A stretch of DNA of 44,701 bases, counting the filler, from an uncultured bacterium (GTDB lineage Bacteria > AUK180): the NCBI GenBank assembly GCA_937863565.1. It is 3 parts of 3 records of this genome, joined end to end, with 100 filler letters (N's around TTAATTAATTAA, not from the genome) between each part and the next. Parts side by side here need not be neighbours in the genome. Positions count along the whole stretch, not along the records: positions 36,426 to 44,701 come from CALMGJ010000035.1; 2 more parts are not named here. One strand, written 5' to 3'. The notes below the pieces were generated by a model. The model was given only the letters and a program-made list of their open reading frames with translations, was not told where the DNA came from and did not search any database. Of the stretch, positions 37,743-44,701 are shown piece after piece (position 1 is the first letter of the stretch; each line of letters opens with the position of its first letter). Both the position numbers and the translations under genes were made by a program.

Positions 37743-38692
37743 TTCTTGATGATACCCGAATCCTTCTTCTCCAGAACGAATTGGTCGGGCGTTTTTAAAA
37801 GACCCTCCAATCTGTTTTTATTGAACCGGTATATCATTGGAAGTTCATTGCCGTTTATCCTGATGCCGACAAATACATCCTGTTTTTCTTCATTACCCTG
37901 TAATATCTCGTAGGTCGTATCGGAAGTTTTCAAGGAAAGCACTCTCAAAGGTTTGACGAGCCCCGTCTCTTCCCTGGTTTTTTCGAATTCAAAATCGTTC
38001 GTTCTGAAATTATTGAAAATATTAAGGTAATTCGTGACTTTTCCGTCATCAACGGTAAGTTTTTCCGTATCGGCGAAATACCAGCGCTTATCCTCCTTTT
38101 TTATAAGTTTCGTTTTGGGAAGCGTTATCTCCTCCGCTTCGGAATCGGATATACTGAAGATGACATGATCGATCCACTCGTGCGGGCCACCCCTCAGCAC
38201 CGATACGAGCGTTTCAGAAGATATCAGAATCTCTTTACCGTCAAAGGTCTTGAAATAAGTGCTCTTGAAATCCCGTGCGTTCTTGCCTACAAGAATATGG
38301 CCGTAGAGTTTTTCACCTTCATAGATCTCAAGATTGATGCAGGTTTTATCGTCCAATCCGTAAATAGGGAGGTCTGCCATATTTTTCGTTACAGATCTCT
38401 GCGACCGGAGTTCCGCAACGGCTTTCTTCAAAGCGGATATCTTCACGGGATCTGCAGTATATTTGCCAGTTGCCAGCATGACCATCCACTGGCCGCCGCT
38501 GCCTGCAAGCTCGACGGCATGCTCAGGATTCTTTTCGGAATAGATCTTGAAGTTTGTTATATCGTCTATCTTGATCTTCGGGAATATTACCTTAGCGCGG
38601 TCCTTTTTATTGAGGCGAGGTATTATCAGAAGCGATGCATAGATAACAAGAAGAGCGGCCGATACTATTATATAATTCTTATAGTGCTTCAT
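37739..38692 (-). CDS. DUF4340-type membrane-anchored protein
   Basis: N-terminal TM helix; duplicated W....AD...V / YGL..P-like pattern; typical last member of GldAFG-like operons. Confidence 0.75.
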   Translation of the reverse strand: MKHYKNYIIVSAALLVIYASLLIIPRLNKKDRAKVIFPKIKIDDITNFKIYSEKNPEHAVELAGSGGQWMVMLATGKYTADPVKISALKKAVAELRSQRSVTKNMADLPIYGLDDKTCINLEIYEGEKLYGHILVGKNARDFKSTYFKTFDGKEILISSETLVSVLRGGPHEWIDHVIFSISDSEAEEITLPKTKLIKKEDKRWYFADTEKLTVDDGKVTNYLNIFNNFRTNDFEFEKTREETGLVKPLRVLSLKTSDTTYEILQGNEEKQDVFVGIRINGNELPMIYRFNKNRLEGLLKTPDQFVLEKKDSGIIKK

Positions 38693-40244
38693 TTTTCTCC
38701 TCCGCGGCTTTGCCTTTATTCTTTCTTGATATGAAACGTATCAATCCGTAGACAACGACAATCAGGGGCATTAAAAGAAAATTGAGGTATTTAATTGTAA
38801 GTTTTGCCCCGTCGCTCAGGCTTCTTATCGCCGGCTCGGTTGTGATCTTCGTTCTGATGTCGGCGAGTTTGTCACCGAGGAGCATGCTGTCTATGATATT
38901 GAGAAAAAAGACCTTATTATTAGTGAACCTTTTCAGGACATTGTCTTTCAGAAAATGTGAAGTGCCTACTACGAGTATCCTTGTTTCATTCTCTCCCGTT
39001 TCCACAAAAGAGGATGCATCGATGTTCCGGGGAATGTTTTCCTCTTTATAAAACGACCTGAATTTACCGTATTGCATTCCGCATAGAATGAACTGTCCGA
39101 GCATCCCGGGATCCTGCGGCGGAGAGAGTTTAGTGGGATCGATAGTGTAATCCCTCTTTGTGAGCCATGCTCTCATCGTAGTCTTCATAATGATGTCGAA
39201 TCCTGAAAGGTCATCGTTAGAAAAGCTCAGCGTTGATGTCCAGGGAAGCGTCACCGAGGCCAGGTTCTTGAGCGAAGAGTAGCTTTTATTCATGTTCTCG
39301 TTCAGGACCTTCACGAATTGCGGATAAGGAGCGGCAAGCTGCTGCCGTCCGTCTGAAAAAACTATAACCTCATTGGAATAATCATTGACGAGATCGTGAT
39401 TCACGGTTATATTCTTCGATCTAAGGAGTTGAAAGAGATTGGATAAGTTCGCTTTGCTGTCCGCCTCGAAATCAATATTGACGCCGTTGATAAAAAAAGC
39501 CGTTTTACCGCCCTTCACTATGAATTGATCAAGGTTGTATAGCTCGAGATCGGGAAGATCGTGTTTATAATTAGGTACGATAAGAAGGTCCAGATTATCA
39601 AGATCGGCCTGTCTTCTTAACGATACGGGCACAACCTTATACTGTTTTGCCAGCTCTCCCGTCAGATCTGCACCCGCCGCGGACAGATCGAACTCCGGCC
39701 CTTCCTGAGGGTAGCCCACTACGAATACTTTTGGAGACGTTATCTTGAGAAGAATGGAAGTGAGTTTGTATTCAAGTTCATTGATGTTCTGGACGAACGG
39801 GATCGATTCTACTTTGTCCTTATAGAAGACCGATATCGCTATGTAAGTTTTCACCACCTCGGCTTTGTCTTTCTGGAACACGTTCACGCTCACCGGAGAG
39901 ATGCCGTACATATACAAACGCCTCTCAATGTCCGTATTGGACATGGGGTCGGTCTCCTTGATCCGAATTCTTCCTTTTGACACTATCTTGTATTCCTTAA
40001 GGACATCGAGGATCTCTTTTTTCAGATTAACGATATTGGCAGGTATATTCCTGCTGATGTAGAATTCCATGAACACTTCGTCGTCAAGCCCCCGGACGAT
40101 CGATTTAGTGTCTTTTGAAAGAACATAACGCTTATCCCGGGTGAGATCGAAGCGGATCAGAAGTTCTCCCAAGATGAGATTGGCGAGGATCACGATGAGA
40201 ACTATAAAGGCAAGTTCGATAAAGAGATTCTTTCCTTTCTTCAC
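38679..40244 (-). CDS. GldG-like ABC auxiliary component (GIFT domain)
   Basis: RFDLT.DK.Y.LS..T, LEYKLTS and LDQFIVKGG motifs; TM helix at each end; GTG start after AGGAGG. Confidence 0.9.
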   Translation of the reverse strand: MKKGKNLFIELAFIVLIVILANLILGELLIRFDLTRDKRYVLSKDTKSIVRGLDDEVFMEFYISRNIPANIVNLKKEILDVLKEYKIVSKGRIRIKETDPMSNTDIERRLYMYGISPVSVNVFQKDKAEVVKTYIAISVFYKDKVESIPFVQNINELEYKLTSILLKITSPKVFVVGYPQEGPEFDLSAAGADLTGELAKQYKVVPVSLRRQADLDNLDLLIVPNYKHDLPDLELYNLDQFIVKGGKTAFFINGVNIDFEADSKANLSNLFQLLRSKNITVNHDLVNDYSNEVIVFSDGRQQLAAPYPQFVKVLNENMNKSYSSLKNLASVTLPWTSTLSFSNDDLSGFDIIMKTTMRAWLTKRDYTIDPTKLSPPQDPGMLGQFILCGMQYGKFRSFYKEENIPRNIDASSFVETGENETRILVVGTSHFLKDNVLKRFTNNKVFFLNIIDSMLLGDKLADIRTKITTEPAIRSLSDGAKLTIKYLNFLLMPLIVVVYGLIRFISRKNKGKAAEEKNEAL

Positions 40245-40253
40245 GGTATCCTC

Positions 40254-40964
40254 CTATACTCTCTTCTTGATCATAACATAGACCAGAAAAAGGAAAACAG
40301 CCGTCAGGCCGGCATAATATCCCAGATCCACGAGATCGAGCACGCCCCTCGAAATGGAATCAAAATGTGAAGATATGCTGATCGCGGCAAAAAACCGGGC
40401 CCAAAAAGGCGAGGCGGTGATCGTTACGAAACTCTGGCCCAGAACGAATAGCAGGAAGCAGATCGCCGCGCCGATGATATATGCGATTATCTGATTCGAT
40501 GTGATAGAGGATGCGAACATACCGATTGCGATATACGATGCTGCGATGAAAAAAAGTCCCAGATACCCGCCTATCACGGGCCCCATATCCGGCCTTCCCA
40601 GGAAGAGAAGTGTCACGGGGATATTGATCGTTAAAAAAAGCGCGATAGCAACAAAAACGAGTGCGCCGAAGAATTTACCGAGTACGATATCCCATTCGGA
40701 TACCGGCATCGTGAAAAGGATCTCTCGTGTGCCCGTCCTCTTTTCCTCGGCCCACAACCTCATTGTCACTGTCGGGATGAAGAAAAGGAATATCCAGGGG
40801 GTGATCTCGAAGAAACTCCTCATTGTAAGCACATTGTTGATGAAGAAACCCTTGAAGAAGAAAAAATTGGCCAGTACGAGAAAAACGGTTATGAAGATAT
40901 ATGCGATCATCGAATTGAAGTAACCGAAGAACTCTCTTTTGAATATATTGAACATCTGTTTCAT
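40254..40964 (-). CDS. GldF-like ABC-2 permease
   Basis: KRE..GYF.S.IAY, P.VTMRLWAEEKRTGT.E.L.T.P, VLGKF and NQIIA motifs; start set at the ATG after AAGGAG. Confidence 0.92.
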   Translation of the reverse strand: MKQMFNIFKREFFGYFNSMIAYIFITVFLVLANFFFFKGFFINNVLTMRSFFEITPWIFLFFIPTVTMRLWAEEKRTGTREILFTMPVSEWDIVLGKFFGALVFVAIALFLTINIPVTLLFLGRPDMGPVIGGYLGLFFIAASYIAIGMFASSITSNQIIAYIIGAAICFLLFVLGQSFVTITASPFWARFFAAISISSHFDSISRGVLDLVDLGYYAGLTAVFLFLVYVMIKKRV

Positions 40965-40965
40965 G

Positions 40966-41886
40966 TTAATTCTCCTTCCTAGTAAGTTGAATGAAGACAT
41001 CTTCCAGCGAGACCTTCTCGGACCTCAGCTCGGAAAGAACGGCATTACGGTTCACCGCCTCCCTGAAGACCGCTTCGCTGATATTGCCTTTGGAAAGGAT
41101 CTTGTACGTTTCGGTGTTCTCTCCGGAGGAGACGCGCTGCATCTCAAGAACACCGGGGATCTTTTTCACACCTTCGAAGAAGGCATCATTCCTTCTTGCG
41201 GTGACATAAAGAGTTTCCTTGGATTCAAGGATGCTTTTAAGTTCATCCTTGCTCCCGCGGGCTACGATCCTTGCTTTGTCTATAATCATGATCTTCGTGG
41301 ACAGGGCTTCCGCTTCCTGAAGAATATGCGTCGAGATCATGATCGTTTTCGTTTTACCCAGTTCCCGGATGAGGTTGCGGATCTCTATGATCTGATTCGG
41401 GTCCAGCCCGGTCGTCGGTTCGTCCATGACCAGAAAATCAGGGTCTCCCAGAAGGGTCTGCGCGATGCCTACTCTCTGATGATAGCCCTTTGAAAGCTCC
41501 CAGATGAACCTGTTGTAAACCTTTGTGAGGCCGGTGCCCTCAAGAATGCCGGGCAGAACAGCGCTCCTGTTCGGGATCCCTTTCACATCGGCTATGAAAT
41601 TCAAGTACTCCTCAACGGTCATCTCCTCGTACAAGGGCGCGTTCTCGGGGAGATATCCCACTCTCTTTTTTGCTGCGATCGGCTCATCCGCCATATTGAT
41701 GCCGTCTATCTCTATCGTTCCGGCCTCAGGCGCATAATAACCGGTTATCATCCGCATCGTCGTGGTCTTTCCCGCTCCATTGGGACCGAGAAGCCCGACG
41801 ATCTCGCCTCTTTCGACCTCGAATGAGATCGAATCCACGGCAGTCAGTTCACCGAACCTTTTTGTAATGCCGTCAACTTTTATCAT
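40966..41886 (-). CDS. GldA-like ABC ATPase
   Basis: GPNGAGKTT, LSKGYHQRVG, DEPT.GLDP and STH motifs; GGAGG RBS before 41886. Confidence 0.93.
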   Translation of the reverse strand: MIKVDGITKRFGELTAVDSISFEVERGEIVGLLGPNGAGKTTTMRMITGYYAPEAGTIEIDGINMADEPIAAKKRVGYLPENAPLYEEMTVEEYLNFIADVKGIPNRSAVLPGILEGTGLTKVYNRFIWELSKGYHQRVGIAQTLLGDPDFLVMDEPTTGLDPNQIIEIRNLIRELGKTKTIMISTHILQEAEALSTKIMIIDKARIVARGSKDELKSILESKETLYVTARRNDAFFEGVKKIPGVLEMQRVSSGENTETYKILSKGNISEAVFREAVNRNAVLSELRSEKVSLEDVFIQLTRKEN

Positions 41887-41914
41887 ATAGAACCTCCATG
41901 GCATACAACTCTGG

Positions 41915-41943
41915 ATTATATTGAATTTCTATTATTTTTTCAA
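41915..41943 (-). promoter_or_regulatory. Sigma70-type promoter of the Gld-like ABC operon
   Basis: TTGAAA-N17-TATAAT on the minus strand. Confidence 0.6.
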
Positions 41944-42174
41944 ATTCACAGTCGGTATTTTGGGAGATCACTTTTTTTCGTAGAGATACAGGAGAATGAA
42001 ATGAATCCGGAAGCGGCAGATCAAACGGATATACGGGCAGTTCTCAATATAAGAGGTTTGGAGGTGGCCGGGATAATGAAAAATCCCGTAATGAATCCCG
42101 GATATCGATTTCTTCATAAAAATTCCCGCTTTAAATTCTTTCCCCCCGGCTCCGGCCATAGAGTAAAAATCATT

Positions 42175-42202
42175 TTGCTTTCTATGTAATTTATGGTATA
42201 AT
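42175..42202 (+). promoter_or_regulatory. Sigma70-type promoter of the large secreted protein
   Basis: TTGCTT-N16-TATAAT with TGn extension. Confidence 0.6.
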
Positions 42203-42282
42203 AAAAGTCGAGAAGGGATAAGCTCGACCTGGCGCCGGTTCCATGGCGCAATTTGACATAAAGAATAAATAAAGGAGCACAT

Positions 42283-44701
42283 ATGAAAAAGTCCCTTTTT
42301 GCCATTCTCATTACCGTTATCCTTTTGGGAGTGAATACATTCTCGTCCAAGATCCTATTTGACTACACAAAGGACGAAAGGGCAGGCAACGCCGATTGGG
42401 TCATCGATACCAACTATCCGATACCGAGCCCCTCAAATCCTGCTGCGGAAGATGACTGGGACGGAGCGATCTCGTCCTGGGGATACGAGTCCTTCCTTGC
42501 GGGACATATCTGTCATACATTGACCGCATCATACGGGATCACTTATGGCGATTCCGGAAATCCTTACGATCTTTCCAATTACGATGTTTTCGTCGTATGC
42601 GAACCGCAGAACCAATTCACTTCCGCAGAACGCACGGCGATGCTCAGTTTTGTCGCCGATGGCGGCGGACTCTTTATCGTAGCGGATCATTACAGTTCCG
42701 ACCGCAACGGGAACGGATGGGATTCTGTTGAAATATGGAACGATTTCGGGACTGAAACGTATTTCGGGATGCACTTCCAGGCCGCCTCGGAAAGCTACAA
42801 TAATGTAACGTATACTTCAAGCTATGTTTCTTCGGACGGTTCAGATCCCATCATACACGGATCTTTCGGCACAGTGTCCTCATTCGCCTTCCATGCGGGA
42901 ACGATGATCACTTTGAATACTTCCGATAATCCAACCGCTGAAGGACATATCTGGCGGGACTCCGTGAACGGGACCTATGCGATGTTCGCTACTGCGGAAT
43001 ACGGATCCGGGAGGATCTGTGCGGTAGGAGACTCCTCACCAGCGGATGACGGTACCGGCGCTCCCGGGGACGAGCTCTATGACGGATGGAATGAAGCGAA
43101 CGACCGCAGAGCTTTCATGAACGGCATGGAGTGGCTTCTGGCCGGCGCATGCGACGGAAGCGATGTGACTTCTCCCGATTGGACCGTCTCCGGAACGGCG
43201 AATCTTTCTGCGGTACCGGGGAATACGGTCATAGGACTTGACTGGGACGATGCGATCGACGGACAGAATCCCGACATTACCTATAATATCTACAGAAGCA
43301 CGGTTTCGGGTTTCACGCCCGGTACATCGAACAGGATCGCTTTGGCACTGCCCGACTCCTGTTACACTGATACCGGGCTCTCAAACGGCACTACATATTA
43401 CTACCGGGTTGAGACGGTGAACTGTGTTCCCTTGTCTAAGTTGAACAATCTTGCCGACGAGGCCTCTGGTATTCCTGCTGCCGGAGGCGCTTCCCTCGCA
43501 CCCGACCTTTTCATTTCGGAATATGTGGAAGGTTCCAGTAATAATAAAGCAGTGGAGATATTCAACGGCACCGGCGCTGCGGCCGATCTTTCGGATTACA
43601 GCATAAGGCTTTATGTCAACGGATCGTCGACACCCAGCACCCCCATCGCCCTTTCTTCGGTGATGCTGGCTTCCGGGGATGTCTTCGTTCTGACCAATTC
43701 CTCGGCCGGCTCCACTCTTCTGGCCCTTGCGGACCAGACGAGCGGAAGCCTTACGTTCAACGGCGATGACGTTGTTGCTCTGTTCAAAGAGAGCACCGCT
43801 ACTGATATAGATATAATAGGGCAGATCGGTTTGGATCCCGGGACTCAATGGGGTACCGATCCGACCTCGACTGCGGACAATACCATTGTAAGAAAAAGCT
43901 CCGTATCCCAAGGCGATTCCAACGGTGCGGATACATTCGATCCCTCTGTTGAATGGGACGGATATGCCATCGATACATTTTCTTATCTCGGTTCTCATAC
44001 GATGGACAGCGGCGGGGGATGCAACGTGTCCGATATAACGGCACCGGTCTTCTCGGGAGGAGCATCCGGGATCTCCGTAGCGGATCAGGAGAACGGGAGC
44101 ACTCTTCAGATCTCATGGAACACGGCCAATGATATCGAAAATCCCGGGTCGGTCATGTACGCACTTTACCGCTCGGCAACGCCGGGCTTTACTCCTTCGC
44201 CTGTGACCCTGATAAACACTGGTGCCGCAACTTCCTATACGGACAACGGCCTTACCATGGGGGCTTCGTATTATTATACGGTACAGGCATACAACTGCGT
44301 ACCTCTGCAGACTTCCAATACTGACGAGGCACTGGGATTGCCGACCTATCCAGCCTCAGCGCCCGCTCTCGGATCGGCAACCCCGGGAGACGGGGAGATA
44401 TCGCTTTCCTGGGGCGCCGTCTCGGGATCGGACGAATACAGGATATATTATTCACTTTCTTCCGGCGAACCGTATACGCTGATAACATCTACTACCGCAA
44501 CGCAGTATACGCACACGGGATTGACGAACGGAACCACATATTTTTATGCCGTAAAGAATTACGATACGGCACGTCTGCCGTCCTTGAGTAATTTTTCCAA
44601 TGAACTTTCTGCGGTGCCGGCTGCCGGCGGCAGCGGCGGCAGCGGCTGTGCGACTGATCTTATCATATCGGAGTACATAGAGGGGTCGAGCAATAATAAG
44701 G
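42283..44701 (+). CDS. Large secreted multidomain protein (GATase/GIFT-like, FN3 and lamin-tail domains), 3' truncated; missed by the ORF track
   Basis: AAGGAG RBS; MKKSLFAILITVILLGVNTFS signal; frame open to the window end (806 codons); ILFD..K.E.AGNADWVID; LSNYDVFVVCEP...FV..GGGL; FN3 YTDTGLSNGTTYYY; two DL.ISEY.EGSSNNK lamin-tail starts. Confidence 0.9.
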   Translation, partial: MKKSLFAILITVILLGVNTFSSKILFDYTKDERAGNADWVIDTNYPIPSPSNPAAEDDWDGAISSWGYESFLAGHICHTLTASYGITYGDSGNPYDLSNYDVFVVCEPQNQFTSAERTAMLSFVADGGGLFIVADHYSSDRNGNGWDSVEIWNDFGTETYFGMHFQAASESYNNVTYTSSYVSSDGSDPIIHGSFGTVSSFAFHAGTMITLNTSDNPTAEGHIWRDSVNGTYAMFATAEYGSGRICAVGDSSPADDGTGAPGDELYDGWNEANDRRAFMNGMEWLLAGACDGSDVTSPDWTVSGTANLSAVPGNTVIGLDWDDAIDGQNPDITYNIYRSTVSGFTPGTSNRIALALPDSCYTDTGLSNGTTYYYRVETVNCVPLSKLNNLADEASGIPAAGGASLAPDLFISEYVEGSSNNKAVEIFNGTGAAADLSDYSIRLYVNGSSTPSTPIALSSVMLASGDVFVLTNSSAGSTLLALADQTSGSLTFNGDDVVALFKESTATDIDIIGQIGLDPGTQWGTDPTSTADNTIVRKSSVSQGDSNGADTFDPSVEWDGYAIDTFSYLGSHTMDSGGGCNVSDITAPVFSGGASGISVADQENGSTLQISWNTANDIENPGSVMYALYRSATPGFTPSPVTLINTGAATSYTDNGLTMGASYYYTVQAYNCVPLQTSNTDEALGLPTYPASAPALGSATPGDGEISLSWGAVSGSDEYRIYYSLSSGEPYTLITSTTATQYTHTGLTNGTTYFYAVKNYDTARLPSLSNFSNELSAVPAAGGSGGSGCATDLIISEYIEGSSNNK

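Noticed and set aside
42001..42189. 62-aa ORF, or SRP RNA suggested by TCCGGAAGCGGCAG
   Set aside because: The ORF has no recognisable features and runs into the downstream promoter; the SRP helix-8 motif and long stem are not present.

Overview
The window is three assembled contigs (1-13701, 13802-36325, 36426-44701) from a diderm, LPS-making bacterium. They are joined by 100-nt N spacers carrying an artificial TTAATTAATTAA all-frame stop linker, so adjacency across the gaps is not evidence of linkage. Contig 1 (all minus strand) has a cobalamin riboswitch-controlled btuB/F/C/D-like uptake operon, a glycosyltransferase and a TraB/GumN protein. It also has a 1921-aa mosaic S8 protease with a T9SS/FlgD-type C-terminal domain, fed by an AT-rich two-gene cassette that is bounded by a second, internally deleted copy of the protease's own beta-propeller sequence. 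Contig 2 (plus strand) is mostly housekeeping: multi-HhH ComEA, pheST, zapA, a tandem Fe-S PD-(D/E)XK nuclease with recJ, TPR protein, lemA, htpX, HD and GNAT proteins, surE, pcm, galT-like, glgA, bamA, skp, lpxD, fabZ, lpxA, gnnA-like and the start of cysS. Contig 3 has a tRNA-Lys/Glu/ORF/Ala operon followed by a gapless 49-bp tandem repeat of the tRNA-Ala 3' end, a GldA/F/G-DUF4340 ABC operon, and a divergent large secreted GIFT/FN3/lamin-tail protein that the ORF track missed. No CRISPR array, integrase, transposase or reverse transcriptase is visible. The best leads are the tRNA-anchored 49-bp repeat, the repeat-bounded protease cassette and the half-inactive tandem nuclease. All family calls come from motif recognition by eye, not from database searches.
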